A stretch of DNA of 64,000 nucleotides from contig DXJF01000104.1 in assembly GCA_019057375.1 (NCBI GenBank), positions 1 through 64,000 of the forward strand, read 5' to 3'. The DNA comes from Candidatus Heimdallarchaeota archaeon (GTDB lineage: Archaea; Asgardarchaeota; Heimdallarchaeia; Heimdallarchaeales; Heimdallarchaeaceae). The notes under the pieces are model-generated. The model made no database searches, had not been told where the DNA came from, and was given only the letters and a program-made list of their open reading frames with translations. The position numbers and the translations under genes are program-made. Shown in pieces: positions 45,247 to 55,485 of the stretch. Position 1 is the stretch's first letter; every line of letters begins with the position of its first letter.

Positions 45247-45741
45247 ATGACTTATAATTTGTTTCTAAATAGGGATTACTTAACCTTCTCTTGTGCACAT
45301 TTTGTAATTGGAGAAAACTTCTATGAGCCACTTCATGGACATAATTATAAGATTTTGATTAATGTTTATGGAACACAAGGAAAAGATAACATGGTCATTA
45401 ATTTCCACGACATCAAAAAAATCTTGAAGCCTTTTGTTGATTCTCTGGATCACTATGTTCTTGTCCCATCTAAAAATAAGTTTCTAGAAATTACAGAAAA
45501 AGATGAACAGGTAATAATAAAAATCCCTCATCTCGATAAAGAATATGAACTGCCTAAATCAGATGTTGTTTTACTCCCTATTGAAAACACAACTGTAGAA
45601 GAGATGAGCCATTATTTTGTTCAACTCCTAGCACAAAGTGATGAAATAAAAAGAGAAAACATAAGCCAAGTTACAGTTACTGTCTATGAGTATGAAGGGC
45701 AAGGAGTAACAACTGAATTATTCCCGGTTCATGGTGATTAG
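45247..45741 (+). CDS. queD: 6-pyruvoyl tetrahydropterin synthase/QueD family protein
   Basis: FSCAHF, LHGHNY, LDH, TTVEEMS motifs. Confidence 0.8.
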   Translation: MTYNLFLNRDYLTFSCAHFVIGENFYEPLHGHNYKILINVYGTQGKDNMVINFHDIKKILKPFVDSLDHYVLVPSKNKFLEITEKDEQVIIKIPHLDKEYELPKSDVVLLPIENTTVEEMSHYFVQLLAQSDEIKRENISQVTVTVYEYEGQGVTTELFPVHGD

Positions 45742-45742
45742 T

Positions 45743-46504
45743 CTATTTTTTAACTAAAAAAATATCTTGGCCAGTGTTAGAACACCAATTGATTATCGAC
45801 TTAGCAACAGTAAATTTTTTCAGTTTTCGCTTTTTGGCTTCTTTGTTCAATTTTGACATTTTAGAATACTTGCCTATTTTTGTCCCGAAGTCATACCCAA
45901 TTAAACCAATTTTTGATGCGGACATAAGAGTGGATAAACAAATTATTCTATCCCCATCAGTAAATCCAAAGAAGTTAAATGAACCAGGTAAAGGAGTTGT
46001 CTGTGTGGAAATTATGAAAGGCTTTTTAGAAATTTGAGTAATATTAGCCTTAACGGCTTCTAAGTTATCGCCATGTACATGAACAATAGGTATAGATCCT
46101 TTTAGTTGAGCAGTTAGTTGATCACCAATTGCCCCATCTAGATCAGTAACTATGAAATTTGGAATAATTCCTTGGGAAATAACATAGGAAGTAGCCCCAT
46201 CAGCTGATATTAAGACATCTGAAGCCTTAGCATGTTTTTCGAGATATTCAGAAAAGTCTTCTTCTAAATGGATTCCTGGAGCTATTGCATAAACCAATTT
46301 TTCTTCAAGTATGTTTCGTAATTTAATTTCAGAATAATTACTTGGATGGGATTGTATAATTTGTTGAAGAGCTTTTAAGTCTTCATTATCGTCAATATTT
46401 AGAAATTCGCAAATCTTTGGATACCAATATTCATCCCATATTTGTAAAGAAAATTTGAGTTCCTCTAGTTCATAGAAAGAAGATTCAACTGTGTCAAAAA
46501 TCAT
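45743..46504 (-). CDS. mptE: 6-hydroxymethyl-7,8-dihydropterin pyrophosphokinase (archaeal)
   Basis: SADGAT, IVTDLDG, VHVHGDN, GFTDGDR motifs. Confidence 0.8.
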   Translation of the reverse strand: MIFDTVESSFYELEELKFSLQIWDEYWYPKICEFLNIDDNEDLKALQQIIQSHPSNYSEIKLRNILEEKLVYAIAPGIHLEEDFSEYLEKHAKASDVLISADGATSYVISQGIIPNFIVTDLDGAIGDQLTAQLKGSIPIVHVHGDNLEAVKANITQISKKPFIISTQTTPLPGSFNFFGFTDGDRIICLSTLMSASKIGLIGYDFGTKIGKYSKMSKLNKEAKKRKLKKFTVAKSIINWCSNTGQDIFLVKK

Positions 46505-48305
46505 CTAAATCCCCTTCATCACTTTCTAATTCTTCTATGGTTAATGACCTTTTACTGTGTAATCGAGTAAGCTCTGATTCATAGCGTGCTTCTATATCTC
46601 TAAATGTTAAGAAACCAACAATTGTCTTTTGCTCCGTTCTATCAACAACTGGAAGACATTCTATTCTATGAGTTGTTAATCGATCAAAAACTGCTGTAAG
46701 TGTTTCGTCAGGATAAGCTACAATGACTTCAGATGTCATACAATCACCAACAGTACTTTTACCTTTTGAGAAACCTTTTTGGTAATCTATGGCACTAATA
46801 ATTCCTACTAAAGAATCATTGTCATCAACGACAGGTAATGAACTTCTCTTCTCTAAGTACAAAAGTGGAAAAGTTTCTTCCAGTAAATCATGTTTTTTGA
46901 GTGAAGCAAAAGAATCCTCCATTGCTGATTTTACAGTAAGTGTCTCAAGAACATCAGTATGTTGAATTGTTCTTCTTAGAATAACTTCTTTGCTTCTGAT
47001 TTGACCTTTGTAGAGACTAAAATCCATTGAAATGATGAAAGCCATAGCGTTAGTTAGAATAATTGGTATTATTAAATTTGGAAACCCTACCATTTCAAGA
47101 ACAAGGATCATTGAAGCGATAGGTGTTTTTGTTGTTGAAGTATGCATTGCGGACATCCCTACAACCATTAATGCAGTTGCTTCTAAGGAAGGAAACAATC
47201 GCGAGTATAACAACCCTAAAGCTGCCCCTGTTACTAAAGTTGGTCCCATAACTCCTGCACTATTTCCAAAACCAACACATGTTGAAGTTACTAAAATTTT
47301 CCCCAATAACAATACAAACAAAATACCTATTTCAATGGATTCATTTGCAAGTAAGTTATTTATAGATCTAAAACCCGTACCCGACAGTCCAACGCCTTCA
47401 GGTAGCCAAAAGTCATCTACTAAAAACACAATAATGGCAGTAATTGCCATTCCTATTAAAGGCAAAAAGTGATTCTTAATGTATTTGTCAAATCCTTTTG
47501 ATAAATATCTAAAAAGTAGAGAAAATCCTATACCAAGAAATCCTGCGATTATTCCAAACAAGAGAAACTGAAGTGAATTAACAAAAGTTATAATAAAAAT
47601 AGAAGTTACAGGAGACAAAAGTACTGGAGCTTCCGAAAGAAAAGGAATTTTCTGCAAAGCTAAGAGAAGACCGTTGTAAATTAAAAATGATATTGCGCTT
47701 GCTACCAAAGCTGGTAGAAAGACAGTTTCATCTAAATCTCGCTTGTATGGTACCTCTGATGCAAAAACTGTTCCACCAAGAGGAGCTTGAAATACAGCAG
47801 CAGTACATGCAGCTGCACCAATCGTAATTGCATGATTTTCATCTTCTGAAGTCATCCCTAATTTATTAGATATAACAGATGAAGCTGTACTCCCCAGGGT
47901 TACAGAAGGCCCTTCTCTCCCAGCAGGTGCTGAGACTCCTAATGTGAGTGTGCTTGTGAAAAATTTTGTTAATAGTCCCCTAGTTCGTAAAGGGGTAGAC
48001 GTGTTTTTATGAGACAAAACCTGAGATAAGCCAGCCCCATAAACTTCTTTATAACCAAGAAAAAGAAACAAAGATGTTATTCCTCCAACTATAGGATATT
48101 TAACATAGATAGGAACATTGGACAACCAACTTTGCATATTCACAACTAGGCTTGTAAATATAGCCATCAAAACACCACTTATTGCTCCAATTAGAAGAGC
48201 AAAAGGGAACCATTTCTTAGTATATTTCCAATATCTCTTTACTTGGATTCTGAAACGATTTCTAAGCTTGAGAGGTTCTTTATCTGCTTTTTCCTTCTCT
48301 GTCAC
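46494..48305 (-). CDS. CLC chloride channel/antiporter family protein with CBS pair
   Basis: GREGP, APLGG, GVMGP motifs; two C-terminal CBS domains. Confidence 0.92.
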   Translation of the reverse strand: MTEKEKADKEPLKLRNRFRIQVKRYWKYTKKWFPFALLIGAISGVLMAIFTSLVVNMQSWLSNVPIYVKYPIVGGITSLFLFLGYKEVYGAGLSQVLSHKNTSTPLRTRGLLTKFFTSTLTLGVSAPAGREGPSVTLGSTASSVISNKLGMTSEDENHAITIGAAACTAAVFQAPLGGTVFASEVPYKRDLDETVFLPALVASAISFLIYNGLLLALQKIPFLSEAPVLLSPVTSIFIITFVNSLQFLLFGIIAGFLGIGFSLLFRYLSKGFDKYIKNHFLPLIGMAITAIIVFLVDDFWLPEGVGLSGTGFRSINNLLANESIEIGILFVLLLGKILVTSTCVGFGNSAGVMGPTLVTGAALGLLYSRLFPSLEATALMVVGMSAMHTSTTKTPIASMILVLEMVGFPNLIIPIILTNAMAFIISMDFSLYKGQIRSKEVILRRTIQHTDVLETLTVKSAMEDSFASLKKHDLLEETFPLLYLEKRSSLPVVDDNDSLVGIISAIDYQKGFSKGKSTVGDCMTSEVIVAYPDETLTAVFDRLTTHRIECLPVVDRTEQKTIVGFLTFRDIEARYESELTRLHSKRSLTIEELESDEGDLDDF

Positions 48306-48508
48306 AAAATAATATTAGCTTTTAGTGATTTAACTTTATTTGTTATCTTATGTCTTTCATGGATGAATTTGACAATTAAGTTCAAACATCCAAAGAAGAA
48401 AAATAATAAAGGTCTAAACTTGTCTATGACAAAGATTGATTAATTTCTAAGTATTTAATAAATTAGAAACATCATCTTAAATTAACTATAAAGAAGTAGT
48501 GTGGTATC

Positions 48509-50710
48509 ATGCAAAAAAACTATCAAAGATTTTTTACATTATTTTTTGTTATCTTAATCTATTTCGCATCATTTAATGAATGGAATGGTGGAACTGGGGG
48601 GGTGCAGATTTACAATGAGGACCTTTCTTCTAAAAACTCCGATGTGAGTTTCATTTATATTGATGACCAAGATAGATTGATAGTTCTTCCTCAGGAATAT
48701 TCTTACGGAGTTCAACCTTTCGTGCTTGATATTGACGATGATTCTCTTCTTGAAACAGTCATAGTTGCGGATATGGGGGGAATACAGGGGAAAGTAATAT
48801 ATTTGATTAAGGATGAAAGTGTAGCAAGTGGTTGGCCATTAAAGCTTTACTGGGATATGAATTATGTTGAAATCCTAGGCAGAATGGACATAAACAATGG
48901 TACTGATCCAAGGATAATCATACGATATACTAAGGACCTTCTAGATAATGTCACAACTTCATTCATTGCAATAGATGCAGGAGGGAATATTGATATCTCA
49001 TGGGGATTCGAACTTATAGGGGCCTTTATTCCTTACCCAGCCCCGCTATCCCATACAACCCACACAATTTTCTCTGATTTAAATAATGATGGCAACAAGG
49101 AATTCGTTCTCATTGACATAAATGAAACGGTATATTATTTGGACCATTTAGGTAACAAAATGACAAACTGGCCAATAAAAGTAAATGATACAATTAGTTA
49201 TATTCCACCTGTAGCAGTAGATATTACAAATGATGGAGAAAAGGAGATAATTGCTACTACTGATAAAGGATTCATAAATGCATGGTTCTTGAATGGCTCA
49301 ATAGTAGAGGGGTTTCCACTTAAAATTAATGTCACATATCCAACTGAAGAAGAATTCAGGGAAATGCCAATGATAAGTGATTTTAATCTGGATGGTGATG
49401 TAGATCTATTCATAGCGTCTACTAGTAGCTACATGTATGGAATAACACTTAATCCTGATAATAACAAAACATGGGCAAAAGAAATTCCTCAGAGTGTGTA
49501 TTATCCATCCACCCAAGGGATAACATATGATATTGATAACGATGGCCACCAGGAGATATTACAATTGCTCACGAATGGACTAGCCGTATATAATGTTACA
49601 GAATCTCTCAATCTAGAATTCTACTTTAGTGCTGGAAGTAATTTCATAGGAGCACCAGCCATTGCTGACATAGATAGGGATAATGAAGTAGAAATCATAA
49701 TTTTGAATACCATTTATGCATATATTCTTGAACATGACGGAGAAGTTCTTGAACAAATACAAAATTGGATCACTACTAGTAACATAGTAGCACCATTAAT
49801 ATATGATATTGATAGGGATAAGGAAATTGAGATCGTACATTTATCATTGGGGGGAGTGATTTTAATTAAGGAAACAAATGATTTTGGTTTAGCTCCTTGG
49901 ATTTATCCTTTAGGCTCGCCAACTCACACATCAAATACCGATTTAGATGAAGATGGATTATTGGATTTTGAAGAATATATAATAGGCACGGATATGAATA
50001 ACAGTGACTCAGATGGTGATACAGTGCTAGATGGTCTAGAGGTTAATCAATATGTGCTGAATCCTCAAATTCCGGATATAGACTGGGACAGCGACAGTGA
50101 TGGGTTGACAAATATTGATGAAATTGATACATACCTAACCAACCCTTTAAACCCAGATTCAGATTTTGATACTTTAAGTGATGGAGATGAGATTTATGTT
50201 TATTTTACCAGCCCAGTTTCTTCAGATTCAGACGAAGATGGAATGCCAGATAACTATGAAATACTCTTTGATAGTCATGACCCAAATGATCCTACTGATG
50301 CACAAGAAGATCCAGATAATGACAATCTAGTAAATCTAGATGAAAGAGCTATGGGGACTCATCCTGAAAATCCTGACACAGATGGTGATTCTTTACTTGA
50401 TGGTGATGAGATAAATAGGTATTATACTAATCCTCTCCAACCCGATGCTGACTTCGATATGGATGGCGATGGCTTAACTAACGTTGAGGAAGTTGACATC
50501 TACGGTACTAATCCTTGTGATCCAGACAGCGATCATGATGGCTATACTGACAAAGAAGAGATTGACGCCAAATCTGATCCTCTTGATCCCACCAGCATTC
50601 CTAGAGAGAGATCCTACAACTGGATGTATAGTTTCATTGCCATCGTACCTGTTGCTATTCTTACTCCCATATATGTTCGCAGATTATCTTCAAGAAGGCT
50701 TTTGAAATGA
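48509..50710 (+). CDS. Surface protein with FG-GAP/VCBS-like repeats, TSP3-like calcium-binding repeats and C-terminal TM
   Basis: DLNNDGNKE, DITNDGEKE, DIDRDNEVE repeats; about ten DxDxDG-type repeats; TM + RRLSSRR. Confidence 0.85.
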   Translation: MQKNYQRFFTLFFVILIYFASFNEWNGGTGGVQIYNEDLSSKNSDVSFIYIDDQDRLIVLPQEYSYGVQPFVLDIDDDSLLETVIVADMGGIQGKVIYLIKDESVASGWPLKLYWDMNYVEILGRMDINNGTDPRIIIRYTKDLLDNVTTSFIAIDAGGNIDISWGFELIGAFIPYPAPLSHTTHTIFSDLNNDGNKEFVLIDINETVYYLDHLGNKMTNWPIKVNDTISYIPPVAVDITNDGEKEIIATTDKGFINAWFLNGSIVEGFPLKINVTYPTEEEFREMPMISDFNLDGDVDLFIASTSSYMYGITLNPDNNKTWAKEIPQSVYYPSTQGITYDIDNDGHQEILQLLTNGLAVYNVTESLNLEFYFSAGSNFIGAPAIADIDRDNEVEIIILNTIYAYILEHDGEVLEQIQNWITTSNIVAPLIYDIDRDKEIEIVHLSLGGVILIKETNDFGLAPWIYPLGSPTHTSNTDLDEDGLLDFEEYIIGTDMNNSDSDGDTVLDGLEVNQYVLNPQIPDIDWDSDSDGLTNIDEIDTYLTNPLNPDSDFDTLSDGDEIYVYFTSPVSSDSDEDGMPDNYEILFDSHDPNDPTDAQEDPDNDNLVNLDERAMGTHPENPDTDGDSLLDGDEINRYYTNPLQPDADFDMDGDGLTNVEEVDIYGTNPCDPDSDHDGYTDKEEIDAKSDPLDPTSIPRERSYNWMYSFIAIVPVAILTPIYVRRLSSRRLLK

Positions 50711-51141
50711 AATGCCCTTATTGTGGTTATATTAAAACGGTTAACAAAGAAGGTAAAATACGTGTTTTTACTTGCCCTCGATGTGATTATTTATTTGAAG
50801 AACCCCTTAGTAGAGTACTTTTAGAAAAAGTTCTTTCTGTGCCTTTTTGCAGTTTAATCTATACCCCTATTTTACTTGTAATAAATTATTACCTTACTCA
50901 ATTAATCTATCATGAAAACAGTCCTTTATCTTCTGGAGCTTTAATGATGTTTCTTATTTTATTAACCGCTTTTGTGCTGTTTTTTGTATTCTATATCACA
51001 TCAGGAGGAAGTTCTAGGATTTTCATTGTTAAGCCAACTGAGAATAGAAACCTAATCAAACAGCTAATGGATATCAATCCACTTGTTAAGATTTCTGTTT
51101 TTCTGCTTATATCCTCTATATTTGCCGGAATTTACTTTTGA
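50707..51141 (+). CDS. Zinc-ribbon membrane protein
   Basis: CPYC...CPRC followed by TM helices; ATGA overlap with upstream stop. Confidence 0.75.
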   Translation: MKCPYCGYIKTVNKEGKIRVFTCPRCDYLFEEPLSRVLLEKVLSVPFCSLIYTPILLVINYYLTQLIYHENSPLSSGALMMFLILLTAFVLFFVFYITSGGSSRIFIVKPTENRNLIKQLMDINPLVKISVFLLISSIFAGIYF

Positions 51142-51296
51142 TAGTGGGCAAATAAATGAACGATATACCACCCATTTGTTCTTTTCAACTCTATTGGGTA
51201 TAGAACAACATAACACACTAACTTAGTTAACTGACAAATAATTTTGTTTTTCAAGTTAGTTAAAAAGAAAAAGAAAAAGAAAAAGGGAATTAAAAC

Positions 51297-53228
51297 TTAT
51301 TTCCTTTTGCGGTAGTATGCAATGAAAGCAGCGGCACCAATAGCAGCTATTATTCCAAAGACTGGGAATGGAGTTCTCTCAGGTACTGGATATCCAGCAG
51401 CTTCTAACCATTCGAATGATGCATCAATGTCATAGTTGTACTTGATGATATCATTGTAGTAGTAGAAGGCTTGTGAGGGATATATTACACTATGAGCGAC
51501 CCAATCTTCACCGTCATGAAGGACAGCGTTCATTTCGTCTCTGTTAACAGCATAGTTGATTGCTTTTCTCACTGCGACACCCTTTGTATATTCTTTTTTA
51601 CCTGCAGCATCTAAGTATTCAAAGTTATCAACACCACCAATGAAAGGTCTTCGGAGGTTGTAGAACATGAATATCATGGAAGAACCTACAATAGATTGTA
51701 CATCAAATTTTGGATCGGCTTGCATTTGCTTTCTTTCAGATGGGAAGAGACTTAGACCACCAATGTCTAGCTTTCCTGCTTTGAATTCAGCAAGTTCAGC
51801 AGAAGCATCAGGGATTACACGAATATTGATAGTGTCAACGAATGATGTTAATCCAGTGGTTCCGTCCATTACACCTTTACCATGCCAACCATCGTATCTT
51901 TTCATTACAGTTACAGAGTTTGGGATGCGGTAGTCTAAACTAAACTGACCACAACCAAAAGCTGAGGTACTGAAAGCTACCCACTGAGGAGTTAAAATTA
52001 TATCTTCGTATAAACCAGTTGTTTGAACACCACCTTCTGTGTAAGTAACAGTTGGATTAGTGGAGTTTAAGAAGAACTCAGGTAATGGTTCCCATGGGAG
52101 CATAGCCCACATGTCAGCAAATGGTTCTAATGCTGTAGTGCCAGGATCACCATCTATGTGGATGTGGAAAGATAATTCATCTTCTGGATCTACATATATG
52201 TCTGATATCCATTCGTGATAGCTTGTACTTTCACTTACAACTTTATTACCCCAAGCAACGTATGAGAAGATGGCATCTTTAGCTGTAACTTGTTGGTTAC
52301 TACCATCGCTGTATTCTCCATTCTTCAAACCAACCAGCAAGTCACTAGTTGGAACGTCGGCTAATGGAACAGAATTCGAATCTCTATCTGTTGAGTCGTA
52401 AGAGGGGTTCCAGTATATGTCATCTCTCATCCAGAATTGGTAATGTGTCTCATCAATTTGATCCCAATCATATACAAGTCCTGTATCCAAAGGAGCATAA
52501 TCAGGGTTCATAGCTACAATTGACTCCATCATCAAACCTGAAATGAATGAACTGGAGGTATCATCTGTGAATAATGGGTTTAGTTCTTTCCAGTTAGCAT
52601 CTGCTATGTTGAATTCGGTAAGATCCTCTTGGCCGTCATGATAACCAGCATAACTCATATATGGTAAGGAATCAGTAAGTCCCCATCGAATATCATAACC
52701 AAGTGTATTAGCCCATAGACCGTTGTATCCTCTTGAAGAGAATAATGGTAGAATTGGAACGATCTTATCCATCATTAACTGTTGCCAATCATAAAGAAGT
52801 TGTTGTCTTTCTACTGGGTCTACTTTGGTAACACTTAGATCTTGCATTTGTTCAGATTGGTTACCATATGGTAAATCTATACCTAGTCCGAAGACGTTTA
52901 ATGAACCGTCTTCCATCCAAACATCTCTTGCTCCTGGAGTAGATCCACCACCACTTAAACCTACACAACCTAAATCGTAGTTGTGTGTTAGAAATAGTGT
53001 TCCTAGGAATACTACCCATTCTTCTACTCTGACTTCTACTTCAATACCTATATCTCGCAAGTATTGTGCAATGTATAATCCATAATCAGGCCTAACTCCA
53101 CCACCATTAGTCTTGAAAGTCAAGTTTGCGATGGGTTCTTGGGCTTGAAGGGTATTTGCATTAAAAGCACTCATTACGATCAAGCTAGAGAGAATAAAAA
53201 GTGCGAAAATTGTTGATTTTTTCTTCAT
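51297..53228 (-). CDS. ABC transporter substrate-binding protein, family 5 (peptide/nickel), C-terminally anchored
   Basis: Signal peptide, WKELNPLF, VRKAINYAVNRDEM; PERTPFP-TM-RKRK tail. Confidence 0.8.
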   Translation of the reverse strand: MKKKSTIFALFILSSLIVMSAFNANTLQAQEPIANLTFKTNGGGVRPDYGLYIAQYLRDIGIEVEVRVEEWVVFLGTLFLTHNYDLGCVGLSGGGSTPGARDVWMEDGSLNVFGLGIDLPYGNQSEQMQDLSVTKVDPVERQQLLYDWQQLMMDKIVPILPLFSSRGYNGLWANTLGYDIRWGLTDSLPYMSYAGYHDGQEDLTEFNIADANWKELNPLFTDDTSSSFISGLMMESIVAMNPDYAPLDTGLVYDWDQIDETHYQFWMRDDIYWNPSYDSTDRDSNSVPLADVPTSDLLVGLKNGEYSDGSNQQVTAKDAIFSYVAWGNKVVSESTSYHEWISDIYVDPEDELSFHIHIDGDPGTTALEPFADMWAMLPWEPLPEFFLNSTNPTVTYTEGGVQTTGLYEDIILTPQWVAFSTSAFGCGQFSLDYRIPNSVTVMKRYDGWHGKGVMDGTTGLTSFVDTINIRVIPDASAELAEFKAGKLDIGGLSLFPSERKQMQADPKFDVQSIVGSSMIFMFYNLRRPFIGGVDNFEYLDAAGKKEYTKGVAVRKAINYAVNRDEMNAVLHDGEDWVAHSVIYPSQAFYYYNDIIKYNYDIDASFEWLEAAGYPVPERTPFPVFGIIAAIGAAAFIAYYRKRK

Positions 53229-53245
53229 TTTAAGCTCACCTAATA

Positions 53246-54463
53246 TTATTTTCTACGACGCACAAAATATAGTGCGGCTGCTAGCCCGAGTATTGAGACA
53301 CTTATAAATATGCCGAAGCCTAAACCTGTTGATTCTGGCAATTCGCCTACCCATATGTTGAATATTGCTACATCGGCCACCACTCTTGGTACTGCTATAC
53401 CGTCATCTAGTGCTATGTCATCTGCTGCGGTTCCAAATACGATGAAGTACACATAATTCTGTCCTATGTTCAATCCTGTTAATGTTTCTGGTTCATAGGT
53501 ATCAGTTGCTATATCTAATTCCTCGTTGTTCACTATCCACATGTATGTCATTGGTCCCATTTCATAGATATTGTCTAAAGCAACATCCCAATATTCGACG
53601 AGTGTCGTGGGGTGTGTCCAATAATAAAAGTCGACAAGATTTAGATTTGTATCTGAAGCGTTGAAGTTAGCCTCTATATCAGTAGTTACGACTGCTCCTT
53701 CTATACCTTCTTCTGCAATTGAGTACTGTGTATCTAATTTTGCTTCAGCAACGGGTCTTGGATTATCTAACCAATCTGTAATATTGTATCCTTGAGAAGG
53801 CAAATCTTTAGAAGCGAGTTTGTTAGCGGTAACACCTACTTCATTATAGTATGCTCTTACTGATAATGGGGGAATGACATCGCTGGTTTCTGCAACATAG
53901 AATTTCTTTGAATCATGAGAATATTCCCACAACCATTCTGTGTGATTACCATCAGATACCAATTCCGCTGCGGTTATTGTCAGATAGTGCCATCCTACAT
54001 CAAGTTGTATTGGAATTTCTTGATAGGTTCCTCCATCTGATCCAACGTCGAAGTTGCTCATACCCAGATCATATCCATCGAGTATAACATCCATATATCC
54101 TGCGAATCGTGTTGTATTGTAAAGAACAGTTTCATTGTAACCTGCGTCCCAGTCGTTTTGGGGATCATAGAACCAGTAACTAGGTTGGAATCCGTTACCG
54201 GGGGCAACAGCTCCAGCCCAAGCTTCAATTGCAACATCGTAGGAGAATGAAAAACTAATGACGTCGTTTTCACCATAGACAGTATTGTCATCTAAGAATC
54301 TCTCGTCAAATTCAACCCAACAATAGCCCATATCTATATAAGCTGATGGTACGTAGTTGATTGTGACGTCTACTTTGTCATCGGTTGCTGCATTTGAAAA
54401 AGCAACAAATCCGACTGTAGATACTACAAAAAGGAAAATTAAAATTAGTCCTTTCTTATTCAT
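53246..54463 (-). CDS. Surface protein with C-terminal GF-TM-RRRK anchor
   Basis: Signal peptide; LPESTGLGFG...YFVRRRK; 17-nt gap to the SBP gene. Confidence 0.8.
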   Translation of the reverse strand: MNKKGLILIFLFVVSTVGFVAFSNAATDDKVDVTINYVPSAYIDMGYCWVEFDERFLDDNTVYGENDVISFSFSYDVAIEAWAGAVAPGNGFQPSYWFYDPQNDWDAGYNETVLYNTTRFAGYMDVILDGYDLGMSNFDVGSDGGTYQEIPIQLDVGWHYLTITAAELVSDGNHTEWLWEYSHDSKKFYVAETSDVIPPLSVRAYYNEVGVTANKLASKDLPSQGYNITDWLDNPRPVAEAKLDTQYSIAEEGIEGAVVTTDIEANFNASDTNLNLVDFYYWTHPTTLVEYWDVALDNIYEMGPMTYMWIVNNEELDIATDTYEPETLTGLNIGQNYVYFIVFGTAADDIALDDGIAVPRVVADVAIFNIWVGELPESTGLGFGIFISVSILGLAAALYFVRRRK

Positions 54464-54656
54464 TTTTTATTTCACCTTTGCCTACATCTTTGTAAGCTAA
54501 ATAATTCAACCTAATATAATATAAAAGTATTATGCAATAATGCTATAGTATAAACAGAAGTGTTGATTTTTGAATCTCAGATATCAAAGAAGTGTTCAAG
54601 AATGTATTTTCAGAACTTCCTACTTCAAACTATGTAAATAAGCGCTTTTACTAGGC

Positions 54657-55394
54657 TTATTTCAAGTTGTTAATTATTTTTTTCACTTCATTCAAATCAT
54701 TGTGAAGGTTGAACATTTTATTTTCAAGATCTTCTAGCATTTGAACAATTTTCCCCATTGACTCATCAGTGCTGGTTGATTCAGTTTGAGTTTTTTGTTC
54801 TATTTCAGGAGCTTTCTCGATTTCCTGTACTTCCATCTGCTCTTCCTTTTTATCATCACCAATAATTAACCTTCTACTCATATTCTCAAAAAGCTCAACA
54901 ATATTTTCACCAGTTAATGCAGAAGTTTCATATAATTCTACTGGAAAACTTAGCAATTCCCTGAACTGCTTAGCTACCTTTTCTATGTCTTCAGGTTGTA
55001 CTAATCTATCATCTTCGAGGTCTATTTTATTGCCAATAAGATAGATATTTTTTAGAGAGTTCTTTGCATAATTTGATGCTTCTTGTGCCCATTTATTGCA
55101 ATTTTCTAGAGATTTAGGATTAGTTACATCAAACACTACAAGTGCACATTTACACCCATGGTAGAAAGATGATCTCATTCCATGAAAGATTGATTGTCCT
55201 GCAAGATCCCAAATTGTTAGAAGTACAGATTCTCCTTCAACAATCACTTTCTGAGCTGCGAAGTCAGCACCAAGAGTCTTGAGATAATCAGCTCGGAATG
55301 ACTTTCCCATATATTTTCTACGAATTGATGTTTTACCGACCTCTGGGTCGCCAATTAAAACAATTTTGTATGCTCTTTTTGGTTCAAGTGACAT
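54657..55394 (-). CDS. Rab-like small GTPase with C-terminal coiled-coil extension
   Basis: GDPEVGKTS (G1), TLGADF (G2), WDLAGQ (G3), NKID (G4), ETSA (G5). Confidence 0.9.
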   Translation of the reverse strand: MSLEPKRAYKIVLIGDPEVGKTSIRRKYMGKSFRADYLKTLGADFAAQKVIVEGESVLLTIWDLAGQSIFHGMRSSFYHGCKCALVVFDVTNPKSLENCNKWAQEASNYAKNSLKNIYLIGNKIDLEDDRLVQPEDIEKVAKQFRELLSFPVELYETSALTGENIVELFENMSRRLIIGDDKKEEQMEVQEIEKAPEIEQKTQTESTSTDESMGKIVQMLEDLENKMFNLHNDLNEVKKIINNLK

Positions 55395-55485
55395 ACTATC
55401 CCTACCTTATTTCTTATTACTTGATTTTAATTCTTTTGCAGTATATTATATGCAGATATATAAATTGAACTGAAACATCAAAGAC

